DNA from: Podarcis liolepis
Lineage: Eukaryota
Assembly: GCA_965112155.1 (NCBI GenBank)
Contig: OZ218100.1
DNA: 64,000 nt
Direction: 5' to 3' (one strand)
A model generated the notes under the pieces. It ran no database searches and was not told where the DNA came from. It saw only the letters and a list, made by a program, of their open reading frames with translations. This document shows positions 1 through 12,800 of this stretch, piece by piece. A program made the translations under genes and the position numbers. Position 1 is the first letter of the stretch. Each line of letters begins with the position of its first letter.

Positions 1-2479
1 ACTGTGTATGACATGTTGAGCTCCTTGGATGAAAGGAGGGGGATAATTTTAATAATAAATAGATGCAATTAGGTATGCTAAATGTTTGTTTTCTTTTAAA
101 TTATTTTATATGTCTTGGCTCCGCCTTAATTAAATATATATATAATTTTTTTAAATCATTGCTGAAACTTGCATGCATCCCTGTATTCTGCTGTTCTTTT
201 CATCTTTCCATTAATCCTAACTAGGCAGGTTATTCAGCTGTGAGTGCACAAAATTCAGGGTAAACAATGCAGTGCTTAACTTAATCCTTTCTCTCCTTTT
301 CATACGGCTTTTATACCATAAATTTTGGTTAATGTATAGTCACTGTTCAACCTCTGAAGCAAACAGCTCAGTTTTTATCACGTTTACTTGGATTTGAGAC
401 CCATTATAATTATTTCTCTAACGTACTTAAATATATCAACATTTCAAACAGAATATTCCAGCACTCTCTCTTATTAAAATAATGTGATACACGTGCTGCA
501 GTTGTTAAAAATAGTAAGCCAGCTATCAGAAGATACAGCAGGAAACTGTTGAGATACTAAATGTATCTTAGCATAATCTCTTAATTGTAGTCTATGATAT
601 CAATTAGAGCCTGAATATATATTAATTTGTGGTTTGGAGGATGTTTTATATTATTGGTATTTAAGCCAAAAGAAAGCTGAACATGTACAGCTGCAATCCA
701 AGCATGTTTAGAATTATTACTTCCCATTATTGCCAGGATAGGCGCATTTTAGCCAATATATATTTCTTAAAGTGAGTCAATCAGCCCATTAAAATTCACT
801 GTCATGAACGCATGTTGCAATAAACTGAGCAATAAAGAAGCATCGTGCTAGAATGGGGATTTAGAAAGGATTGATTTCGTTTGTTTGAATGATGAATGGC
901 AAAATATATTAAGCCTGTAAGAACTTGACTGATTCCTGGTGGAAACAGTTTAGCCTTAGTAGGTGATTTGCTACCAGAAGAGCTCTGCTAAATAAGATGT
1001 TTATAAATACGATACAACATTGGCAGCTAAAAAATATTTGTTGCCATGTCAAAATGCCCTACACTCTGCTTCCGCTGCCCCAGCGATACTTCCTCGGCCA
1101 TTGTCCCCTTTGCTTGCTTGCCCTATCGCTTTTTATATTGAAGGTATATCTGTTCTGATGTCCAAGTAGGTCTGTGCTGGCAGAGGACCAATGTCCCCTC
1201 TGGCTGCCACTGCCTTTCTAACATTGCAGAGGCTCTGGAGGATCATTTTAGGCCTTAAAAACCTGAATTCTGCAACCCATCAACACCCTTCTGGAAATTC
1301 AACTTCTGCATGAATGTGCCAGTATGTTAATAGTCTTTCAAATTAGATGCAAAACATGCTGGGGGGGGGAGATAGATGACACTTCTGGGATAACAGTGGC
1401 TGACGTTTGGTCTGGGATAGCTTCTGTAGCTGGCTAATAACCAAACTTGTCTGATGATAGGGAATGTTCATAAACTGTCAAAACTTGTGAGGTTAAGTAG
1501 GCAGGAAGTTCTGGGAACAGTGAGAAACTAGGGGACCACAGCTCATACAGACTGTAAAGACAACAGGATGAATAGGGTGGTGGTCTCAACAAGGGAACAT
1601 GTGACAAAAGGTAGGCTAGGAAGAACTGAGAGGTGAGGGGGATATGAATATTAATTTGACACAATCAGTCAAATCCTTGGTATAAAACTCTTACGGGTAT
1701 TTACATGTGATCTAAACTGCTACTGGTTGGTTTCAATCAGCAATCAATTGTATTTCAGCCACTCTTCGTTTGACTTCAGCAGGCTCAAGACATCCTTGGG
1801 GACAGAAGCAGGCACTTCTATTTTAAACAGACACACACCAAAAGCTTTTTGCTATGAACAGATTAAGCCATGCACAGCTAAATACTTAATGAGACTTGTG
1901 AGGGCTGCATTAAACTTGATCTCCCGGCCCTTATGACCCCAACAGATGGTGGTTCTGGTAGACCAATGGAAAGTTGCAGAGCTTCATACACCCACCAGCA
2001 TAAACATACAGATGTTTATTTGATGCAATACTCTTGATAAAAATACACTTGACTCCTGGAAGACAAACCTGATCAGACTTAAGTGTACACTTGCCAGCGT
2101 TTCTTCAAAGTCCTGAAACAATACAGATTCTCACCGGTATCTTTCAATGTTGATTCTTTTCTGTGTTTGTGTTATGTTTAATGTTGTGGTACCTGAATAG
2201 AGAGATGTGAAAATTGCATATAAACACAGATATACATAAATTTTCACAAACCACTCTATCTGTCTCTTATCTATCTTCATTCGGGTACCACAACAGTAAA
2301 CATAACATTGACCCAATAGCCTAGTCCAGAAATAACCTTTTTTTAACCTCTGTCCCTGGTGGTTGAACAATGCCCTGTATCGAGTTACTTCTAGGGAAAG
2401 AGGTAGGATTAGGTTTCGGTGTTGATCCTCGGCTCAGGTTAAACCCTATATATACACCTGAGCAACAACACTTCGGTAG

Positions 2480-3340
2480 CTTAAGCAGCACGCGGCGGCG
2501 GAGGCGGGAGCTGTTTTTCCTTTTAGAACTAACTATTCGCGGAGTGTTAAAGAAAAGCGACTACTTTTCCCAGCAAGCTCTGCGGAAGAAAGTCCCGGCC
2601 TGGGCTGCTAACCGAGGCTATATAAGCCCTTCGGGCGGCGCGGGTTTCAGACATTTGCCGGTGGCTGTCGTGGTTGCGAAGCCGGCGGTGGCTCTTTTCC
2701 TGACGCTGCAGCGCGCCCTTGTTGTTCCCGTTTATTCTCCCTTAGAACGAGCTCCTTTCCGATGAGGCCGAACGAGGCGTCCGAGGCGCCCGCTTTGGCG
2801 GCGCGCCTGGAGGAGCTGAAGCGTCGGGCGGCCGAGTGCATCGAGGCGTCGTCGGAGCGGCTGGCCGAGCTGAGCCGCGAGATCTGGAGCCGGCCGGAGC
2901 TGGCTTACGAGGAGCGCCAGGCTCACGACGCCCTTGCCCGCTTCTTCGCCGGCCTGGCCTCGGGGTCCTCGCCGGCCGGCGCTTGGCTGGTGCAGCGCAG
3001 CTACAAGCTGGAGACGGCCTTGCGGGCGGACTGGCAGTGGGGCGGCGAGGGAGACGCCGCGGGGGCTGCTCCTGCCGCCGCCGCCGCCGTCGAGGACGGG
3101 CAGAAGGCGCCCCTCCGGCTGGGCTTCTTGTGCGAGTACGACGCCCTGCCGGGCATCGGCCACGCCTGCGGTCACAACCTCATCGCCGAAGTGGGCGCCG
3201 CCGCCGCGCTGGGCCTGAAGAGCGCCCTGGAGAGCCTCTGCCCGAGCGGAGCCGCCGACGGACTGTCCCGCCACGTCCCCGCCGTCAAGGTGCAGGGTGG
3301 GTGGGAGAGGGAGAGAAGCTGCGCCCCGCATATCCTGCCT
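2480..3340. promoter_or_regulatory. CpG island / PM20D2 promoter and first exon
   Basis: Abrupt GC- and CpG-rich segment in AT-rich DNA, spanning the ATG at 2762. TATA-like TATATAA near 2619-2625. ZNF143/SBS-like motif GACTACTTTTCCCAGCAAGC at 2559-2578. Confidence 0.85.
2762..3289 (+). CDS. PM20D2: PM20D2 (peptidase M20 domain-containing 2, beta-alanyl-lysine/Xaa-Arg dipeptidase) coding exon 1 of 7
   Basis: MRPNE...IWSRPELAYEE...LGFLCEYDALPGIGHACGHNLIAEVG...PAVK, containing the M20D HACGH metal-binding motif. Phase-0 donor AAG|GTGCAG. Confidence 0.93.
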
Positions 3341-3613
3341 TCAGCCCACAACCTTTCCGAGCCCCCTCTTTTTCTTTGCTTTTTTTGGGGGGGTGGGCTG
3401 GCTGGGACGCTGCTGTAGTTCTCACCATGCCCCTTCTTTGCGTCTTGTTTTCGCAAAGTGCCCTAGAAAGATCTCTGGAGGTGTATATGCAACTTGTAAA
3501 CTTATGGGTAAAGAAAGAAAGACCCTCCCGTAAAGAGAGTGCCACATCCCGCATCCCGGGATGCTTTGGTTTTTGCTGCCACTTCCTGACCCACATGTCA
3601 CCTTTGCTTTCAG

Positions 3614-3762
3614 GTCACCGTGTTGGGCACCCCTGCTGAAGAAGATGGAGGAGGCAAAATCGACTTGATCAAAGCCGGAGCTTTCGATGGTCTGGACGTT
3701 GTTTTCATGGCCCACCCATCCCAAGAAGATGCAGCGTATTTGCCCGACGTAGCAGAACATGA
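3614..3762 (+). CDS. PM20D2: PM20D2 coding exon 2
   Basis: tttcag| [49 protein letters not shown] |gtgagt; 149 nt; catalytic EE motif. Confidence 0.96.
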
Positions 3763-5262
3763 GTGAGTAAACTGGAATGGGAGGCATTGTTTACTTGGCC
3801 ATTGTAACAAGCCTTTCACTTTTCATCCACTTTTGAGTTACTCGTTTGGCTTTCCAAAGGGCACTTGGAACAATTTATGTAACATTCTGCTGCTGTTTCT
3901 AATAAACCGCTAATGAGCACGTGGTGCTTGTGTGGTGCTGCCAAGTGAAACAAGTTTCTACTTCAATTAACTTGTATTACGTGAGGTTTGAGTTTTTATA
4001 CCATAACTGTTAATTCATTATCCTAAAGGGCCCCAGTAAGAAAGGAAGGCTGGGTAGCATTATGAAACAGCTGCCAAGGCCTCTTGTGCCAAGGGTCCCA
4101 TTCTTTCTCACTATGCTGTCCAGAAAAAGCTCACCCACAATTCTCCTACGTACTTTCCCTCTTAGCTGTTCACTGGGGAAAGTTGGGGTGATGCGTGAGG
4201 AAGACATGAGGACCTCCAAAGCCAACCTGCTCCCAGTAACCAGTCCTTCGGTATGGGTGATGGAGTCCATGCACAGAACACAGGTCCATTGGTCTAGCTA
4301 GCTCGTCTTGCACTACCTGAAGATGCAGGGGATTGAACCTGCAACTTCCTGAATGCAAAGCAGATGCTGTGCCACTGAGTTACTTCCCATCCTCCTTAAG
4401 CTATTTCCTACCCAGTGATCTGCCAGCAAGTTTTAGTTCCAGAACTGCTACTCTCTACATGTTTTTTACTCCCCTGGTTGCTGGGAGGAGCGGGCAGATA
4501 GAGCCTCTATCTAGATTTGGTCCTAAGATCTTCAGTTATTGACCTTATTCTGTATATTTACAATTATATGCACATTCCGAGTAAAGTACTGCCTGCAAAA
4601 TTATGTCACTTTGTAGTGAATTACAGCAGGGCTTCATTTTCAGGGACTTTTACTTATTTGAAACATATCTTCTTTATTCAACATCATCTTATTCAAGTTG
4701 CCTAATGAGCTTCTGTTTTGTTTTGTTTTTAAATCAGTTGGACCGGTAGCTAGGTAACCCTAACAATGATTTTTTAATTTAGTTCAAGGTATAAATTTCA
4801 TTTCCTGATATGTGATAGCGTTCATGAAACTGCCAACTTTATTGGAATAGGAGATGCTGCAGTTTAACAAACACCCTTCCACCCACAATTTGTTTTATTG
4901 TTTATACACATTTGTTAATATATTTGGACAGAACCATTATTCGGACTAGAGAGGGTGCTGGGTGTTTTTGAAGTCATTCTGTTTAGTTGGAAGCAATTCT
5001 GGTTATACAGTCTTGCTTCATGTGATTATTAAAGGAGTTTGTTTCAGCTGATCTCATTACCGAACATCTCCAGAAATTAGATCTGGTGTTTGCCTGCAAT
5101 GTAGACCTAAATGTCTTGTGACTCAAAGCTGTACAGTTGAGTGTTAAAAACTTTTATATTTCCTTTCACATTTCTGCAAAGATGACCACACATAGGCATA
5201 TTAAGAACAAGTAGAACTGATGTTCGGCTGTATACAATTTAGATTGTATATAGATTTGAATA

Positions 5263-5497
5263 CAGTGGTACATCTGGTTATGAACTTAATTCTTTCCGGA
5301 GGTCCGCTCTCAACTTGAAACTGTTCTTAACCTGAGGTGCGCTTTCACTAATGGGGCCTCCTGCGCGCCTCTGGAGCGTGATTTCTGCTCACATCCCGGG
5401 GCAAGGTTTGCAACCAGGAGCACCTACTTCCAAGATAGCAGAGCTTGTAACCCAAAGCATTCGCAAGGAGGACGGTTTGTAACCAGAGGTGTTACTG
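5263..5497. mobile_element. Tc1/mariner (Tigger/pogo-like) MITE
   Basis: TA flanks; imperfect TIRs CAGTGGTACATCTGGTTA / TAACCAGAGGTGTTACTG. Confidence 0.8.
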
Positions 5498-8404
5498 TAC
5501 ATTGTACTTTTCTTAAAAGTTTCTGGCAGTTAACACACCAACCCAGAAATGCAGAGTGCCCCATTCCTCTTGGTATTCTGTTTTTTGACTGCCTTTCTGC
5601 CATAGTGAAGTTCACACCCAGGGTATATGATGGCTATGTTGACATCTCAGTAGCCTTCCGTATCAGGAAAGCAGTTGCAGATATTGCAATGACAAACAAG
5701 TTATATTTGTAAAAAAAAAAAATCCTTTGCAAAAGTCGTTTCACCCCAAATTGGGTTTTTTTTTAATAGAAAGGCTCATCTTAAGCCACTCAGGGCACCT
5801 TTTGTGACTGAAGAGCAGGATAAAAATGCTTTAAATAAATAAAAGGTGTGGCTTCATTTCACCACCTAGCTCTCATTGGTTCAGTAGTAAATATTAGAAG
5901 CTTCAAGTGCCTTTCCTCATCATTGTTAGAGATGGCTTTCCATTTTTGAAGCGAGCTGACCAGCACAGATGATTTCTTGTGACTAGAGGCAGAAGAACAC
6001 TTCCTCACTTCTTTTGAAAACCACACAACATCTTTATAGAGACTATAAGATGAGATTCCTTCCCCCCTCGACCCCAAATATGTGTGGTAGGGATGTTATC
6101 CCTTCATAGAAATTTAGTACAGTTTCTTCAGTTTTGTCTTGACTTAATCTTCCTTTGTTCTTCATATTGAACAGAATGGGCACAAAATCTAATGCCAGAA
6201 GCTATGAACTTTATAATTAATCGTGGTCTCATGTAACAGATTACTTTAGATCAGTACTAATTCTAATGTTTTCACGTCTTCTTCTGCAGGTGATTCATCA
6301 AGTAAAAACACAGCCCTTTGAATTGTCTCCATTTGCAGAACATAATCTTTTTTTCCCTCCCTTGATACAGTACACCTGATGCTTGATCCTCTACTCCTGC
6401 ACAGTAATAGCAGGATTAGCGGGAAGGGAGGTGGTGGACAACAGTATATGAAAACTAACTGAAAACAGAGCTCTGTTTGAAAATGTGTACTTTCAGATGC
6501 TTTTTGTATTCTTAGCTTCCATATCCCTCCACATACCAAAACAACTAGTAGGAAAGTTTTACGCATTTACTTCTCAAAATTGCCTTGTAGTAATATTTTT
6601 GATACATGGGGCAGTATTGAACTTACAGTACAGTACTGAATTCTTGCTTAGAAGTTCAGAGCTCATTTGAGATTTACAAGAGAGAACTGTACAGAGCAAG
6701 TTTTTGAATGCTACTCACTTTAGGAATTTATACCCCACCTTTCGCATCCATCTCAAAGTGGCTAACACAATTTTTAAAACGTAGCAGCAAATAAAATTGA
6801 GTCAGAAAATAACACTTAAAGCAGTGATCCAATTAAAAGGGTGGTGTGTATCATAACAGGCCACCAAATGCCATTAGCATTCCAAGCAGACAGAAGAGAT
6901 TTGCCTAAATTGTAATGATGAAGGAACAGTTGAGAGTTACAGCACTGAAAAGGCACTTCTCCCACTAGTCACTCACCTAACTTCAGGACGCAGAGAGAGA
7001 AGCCTTTGACAAATGGATTCTAAAACTAAGAACTAGGATGGATTCTATCCTAGTTCTTGAGCCAGGCCACCTTAAGTATTTTTACCCAGTTTTCTGTTGA
7101 AAAGGCTTCCAGAGCAGATGACATAAGATCAGTAACAAGATGACCTGCTCACAGGGATGCAGTCTGAAAGACAGTGATATTCAGTGATATAATATGCTGT
7201 AGACCCACTGGCAGCAATGGATTTTAGCCCGTTTTAATGGGTCTGGTTTAAGTATGGTTTAGTTGGATATCACTCACAGCACAGAAGGGAAAAGAGGAGG
7301 CATAGGGAGGGAAGAGGAAAACAAGCAAACTCTGCTACCAATTTTTGCCAGTACATCATACCTCGGTGAGAGGAGCTGTAGGATTTCATGATTAGCATTT
7401 CTATGTTCAACAGCAGTGTTAAATCAACATTTCCAGCAGCTCTCAGTAGACTGATAGTATAGACCTTTTAACTATATATATGCACAGGGATGGAAGAGCA
7501 CTGGCATTCTGAGCTTAACAACAGTATTCCCTATGATTCAGTTGGGACAGAAGTATGATTCTCTTGTTTCTCTTATTTATAGCATTTATGCTGCTTCTCT
7601 ATCCTACTTTATATAACTTATGCTGCTGAACTCCATAGCCTGGCATGACCCTAAAAGGCTGGGCTGTCTTCGGATATAGCTTTATAGGTTGCACCTAGCA
7701 TGTATTGCTGGGGTTATGTTTGGGTCAAGTTGGAAGTGGATAGTGCTGATACACAGCATATCCACATTTATTTAACAATGTTTTTATAACACTTGATTCT
7801 AGGAAAACCTCGGCAACAAGTATTCTGCACTCTGGAAAACTGTTTGCTGAATTCTTCATAGTTTTTGGTTGGGAAATGTGTCAAGTTTGTCTTCACACAA
7901 GACATTGCAAACTGCTGTCTTTACCTTTGGCTTTTGTGTTTGTCCTAACCTTTTCGTTATAATTTCTGTCAAGTTTTATTTAAACACGTATCACTGTATT
8001 TTTGAACAAAGTCTGCACAGTCTCCAAACTTGGCTGCAGCCAAAGAAGAATAGGTTTGCAACAGAATCACACACACACTCTAGATGATAAATCACGCTTT
8101 GAAAATGAAGCCATGTAAGCAAAAGCCTATGCAAGGGTCCTGTGTAATGCGGGACGTTTGGGATTGTTTGCTCACAGTTCATAGTGTGCTTAATACCTAT
8201 TTCTAATTAATGATTTTTATTACTAAGCCTCAGGTAGTCATCTTAGCTAAGTGTAACTCAAGTTTCCCAAGGTCAGAATAAAGTCATCAGATGTATATAT
8301 TTAGACTCTTGAGTAGTTGCAATTTGTTGCAGCTGGTTTCATATCTTTATAGATCTCTTAAGATCTTAGGAAGAATATGATATATGCCAGAATATGATAG
8401 ATAA

Positions 8405-8586
8405 CCAGTGTGGTATTGTGGTTAGAGTGCCAAATCTTCACTTGGCTGTGAAGCTCACCAACTCAGCATAACCTATCACTCAGGGTTGTTGTGAGGGTCA
8501 TCTGGAGAGAGAAACGCCTACATCCCTTTGAGCTCATTGGAGGACAGGTGGGATATAAATGTGGTAAATACATACATAAATAAATA
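8405..8586 (+). mobile_element. Old MIR/Squam3A-like SINE, internally deleted
   Basis: CCAGTGTGGTATTGTGGTTAGAGTG head, CAGGGTTGTTGTGAGG core, (TAAA)n tail. Confidence 0.65.
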
Positions 8587-8890
8587 CAAGAGGACACTTA
8601 CTAATCTTTTGATCCCAGCAGGTTTTATAGGCCAAAGTTATAACGGTGCTAGTTACTTGAACTCTAAATTTTTCATGCTAATTTTTTAACATTGCTTTTC
8701 AAAATTCAGATCTTACATAGTTGTGATTAAATTTTAATTTAGGATTATGTTGATTTGAAGACAGTTCTTTTTCATGAAAATAAACAAGGCAAGGTTTTTA
8801 AATGTGTCAGGGATACTGCAATCTGTATAATGCAGTTCAGTGGCAGAGCTGGCCATCATCTGATCTTTTTAAATTTAGAAAATGCAGTGG

Positions 8891-8928
8891 TGTTTGTTTG
8901 TTTGTTTGTTTGTTTGTTTGTTTGTTTG
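8891..8928. repeat. (TTTG)n microsatellite
   Basis: Direct read, about 9 units. Confidence 0.97.
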
Positions 8929-9690
8929 CTTTAAAGGTAGAAAATACTGCAGCAGTTATTCAATATTATTGCTAATAGTAAAGCATCTGTTGTGTTCTGT
9001 AAATTCTTTCATCCTGACAAACCAAATGGTTCTGGCTAAGGCAGCTCAGAATGCATGGAGCTCCTCCATTGAGAATGGTTCCCCCCATTCAGTGGATGAA
9101 CCATGTATAAACATTTATGTGTACTTCCTTCTCATGAAATGCTTGAATTGTTCTCCATTTGGAAAGGATCTCTGGATGAGGACAACTGTGTTGGGTATTG
9201 TAATTGAGGGGAGGTGGTGAACTGAGTTGTCAGGAAATCTCACACCAGTTGATTGTAGTTTGTTATTTGCTCCACGCCTTTTGAAAATGTCTGTTTTCTT
9301 AGTTGATTTGTTAAGATATTTCTCTACCAGACACAATTTATTTCTGTCTAATATACTAATATTCTTTATTTCCACAGAAATTAGTTCTTGTCTTGTATGT
9401 ACCTATTTCAGTACAAGTGGTCCATATAAATGTCAGACTTGGTTTTGTGATGACAAAGATCAGTTTTGAGTATCAAAGCTCTGTATTGAATACCTCCTAC
9501 TCTCAAAACATGTTGGTCTGTTTTTCCAGCAATTATCTTTATAGAGGATTGAGGTTTTTAAAAAAATCAAACCCCTATATTATAGCATAGACCTTTATCT
9601 CATTAGAACTTAAGCTCGTTGAATGAATCCAAAGGGATATTTTTCCTTTCAAAAAGTGTTTAAAAACCAGTGATGGCTTTTATTTCCTAG

Positions 9691-9833
9691 TGTGACTGTG
9701 AAATACTATGGAAAAGCTTCTCATGCTGCTGCTTACCCTTGGGAAGGAGTAAATGCATTAGATGCTGCTGTTCTTGCATACAACAATCTGTCAGTTTTAA
9801 GACAGCAAATGAAACCAACATGGAGAGTTCATG
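9691..9833 (+). CDS. PM20D2: PM20D2 coding exon 3
   Basis: tcctag| [47 protein letters not shown] |gtgaga; 143 nt; phases match neighbouring exons. Confidence 0.96.
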
Positions 9834-12800
9834 GTGAGATGTTCATTAAATCTTATGTCCAGCAAGTAATACTTCAGGCACTGTTTTATAATGTATCTGG
9901 CATGTTAACATTAAAATGAAAATGGCTGTTCATGTGTTTAGTTTTCTGATAAATGTTCAATCTGTTGGCAAAGTTGAAAGTTCTTTAAGAGCTATACAAC
10001 TTTGGTACGGATATGTTCACTTAATAGACTTTGGTCATGTTTTCCCAAAACAATATGTCAGGGTTGTTTGCTTAAGAAACCATATTGTGTGAGCTGCATG
10101 CTGGTGTATGCAGCCCATAGGTAATTGAACCCATATAGCAAGATGTCTGAAGTTTGGATTGTGATTTGTTTCACCCTAACAAGCTATGTTTACTTAGTTT
10201 GTTGTTGGCAAATTCTCGCTTGTTAGGGAGAACAAACCATGAACCCAAGTTTGGATGTTGTTCTACGCTGATTTTATCTGCTCATACCAGGGGTGGTGAG
10301 AGCAGTCAGGATCCATGTATGGTTTAATTAGCCAAGGTTAATGAACGTTTATCAGATGGTGATTGGTGTTAAGGTTGAGTATTATGATGGCTAACACCTG
10401 CAATAATGTGTATTGTAACAGCGAGTCTTCACACATTTGTTTCCCCCCAAATGTGGGTTATCATACCCTGGCAGTTGGTGCAGCTCTCTATTTCCTTCCA
10501 TCTTTTTTATGCTTTGGGGATGCTTATAGGATCTGCCCCTCACCCTTAGTCAGAGGTTAGAACACATGCTGTGCTAGGCTTGTGTCATCCAGATGTGTAA
10601 AGCATACGAGTTACGTACTCATAAGTGTCTGTAACACAAGCTCTGCAGTTCATGCAACTGATACATTTATTAGTGGAGTCCTGGAAGAGGTGATGGTTAT
10701 ATAATTGAATTCTCAAATAGTGTTCTAGTTTAGCTTTTCTATTAAGTGCTAGTTAACGATATATAGGGATTATTGTGAGGACAAGGCACAGTTTTGTAAG
10801 CTGCAAGGCTGAAGTGCTATGGTCCACACTTGAGTTTTAGCATGTAGTCTACTGTTTGTCTATACCTGACCATAATAATATGGGTCTAACTGTAGAAGGA
10901 TTTCTAGTTTATACAACGTCGTTTAAAGATATGTGGCAACTAATCTAGACAGCTAACCAAAGGGATCAAATTAGCCATAAACACTTGCAATTCATTAACT
11001 TGACTGAAGTTAGTTAATAGTGAAAAGGTTTGGTTTGCATCTGCATGGTAAAGTAACTATTGTTCTAAAAGCCCAATAGGCCCATCAGGCAGTTTTGACC
11101 AATCCACAGCTACCTATCCTACACCTCTGGTCCTACCCATGAGGTCAGGTGTGAGGCAGGTAAAGTTGCACCTGGGCCACAGAGGAGATTGGAGGCACTG
11201 CTGATGTGTGTTGGGCTGACACTTTGAAACCCTGACTGTCATCTGATTATCAGGCCTTCAAAGCATAGCCCCAACAATCAGCTTTGATCAGCTTCTCTCA
11301 GGAGTTCCCCATTGGATACCTCTCCACCCTATTGGATAAGCTCTCATCCAGAAGCACCCATATGATTTATGTTGCTGTTTGATTTCCAAAGCAATGGCGT
11401 TAATACCTTCCAGATAGAATTGTGGGTCACTGTTGTAGTACTTCTGAATACTGCATAAAAAAATATTCTCAGTGGAAGATTCCCCCTCACCTCATATAAA
11501 CTAAAATGTAACAGGTTTTGAGCAACTTGTCATACATAATACTTTCAATTTAAAGTAACATGGTCTTTCTGACTTGTTACTTTTTCTCGTCTTTGTTTCC
11601 TCCCATCAAATTTCTGCCCTTGTTAATGTTTATCTGTACTAGAGCTATCAAATAAGAATAGCAAATTGAAAAGAGTGAGGCAAAGTTCATCTCTTAGTGA
11701 TGATAAGAAAGGAATGGTATGTCTTGCATTCCCGATTTGTTTTTGTTTTTTTGTGATGTTCCCTTCATAGCACATAGTTGCTGGTTAAACTGGTTGGAGT
11801 AGCTCTACTGCTTTTTAACTTTTCCCCCCCATAGGCAAGGTTACCTTGCTGGTCAACATTTATTTTTTTATGTGGTCATGAAAGCTAATAGTAATTAGTT
11901 TTCTTTGCACAAAACCATTAAATTATTTAAAGCATTTGTGGCCCAGGCCGCACGGCAAGTGATTTGCTGCTTTTCAAGTGACAATTTTCCATTAAAATAC
12001 TCTTAGCATGTGCATGGTTTAAATCTTACACATTTTTGTATGATGGGCTTCTTGCTCTTGTGAGCATTGGTACCTTATTGAAGCCAAATTGGATTATACC
12101 ACCAGTATCAGAAAAACACTGCACTGCCCTGTCTACATCTTCCTAGCTAGTTTGTGCAGAAACACATGAGAATGGGATTATACCAGCAGTGTACCACTTT
12201 GTTTTTCTATAGCCTGTTTATCAACCATATATAAAGATAGCATCTCAAAAGTCTTGTACATATTGAAGCTTAGTCAAAGTGTGCATATTGATGCCACAGC
12301 ATGGTGCAAGCATGGGCTTGCTCTTTAGAATAATACTTAGAATAATACATTTTGGGATAACCTGTGCTTGTAGGAACTTTGTTGAATCTTAGTGGAAGCA
12401 AAGACAACAAGTAGTTTTGCTATACATGGATGGCATTCTCAGGAGCTCTCTTGAGTATTGCCTCTCACCTGTGAGCCAGCCAGTTTTTGCTTAAAGTTAA
12501 ACCTTTCTGTTTCTGTACACTCACTTTGATTTGCTTCATATAGCTGTTGCATAATGTAAAAGTGATTCTTGGAGCAGGGAGGCTTGCCAGTTTTATGTAC
12601 ATGGCCTAATAAAATTTAGATGGTTAATAAATATTAGATGCAGCTTTCAGTTTTGCTGCCGATGTTCAGTTACTGTAGTGTAGCAGATGGATTCTGGCAA
12701 GTTTTTTGAATAGCCCAAGACAACTAAAGAACTATTCAGGTAAGCAACTATTCCAGGTATATTGAAGAAACCTAAAAACAACTTACTGCCTAAAAATTGC

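Noticed and set aside
2370-2765. 131-aa ORF whose stop overlaps the PM20D2 ATG (ATGA)
   Set aside because: Starts upstream of the probable TSS/TATA, has no recognisable domain, and is an expected by-product of GC-rich CpG island sequence.
2732-3639. Long overlapping ORFs (199 aa on -, 267 aa on +) across PM20D2 exon 1
   Set aside because: Arg/Gly/Pro-rich shadow frames of a GC-rich exon, with no homology I can recognise.
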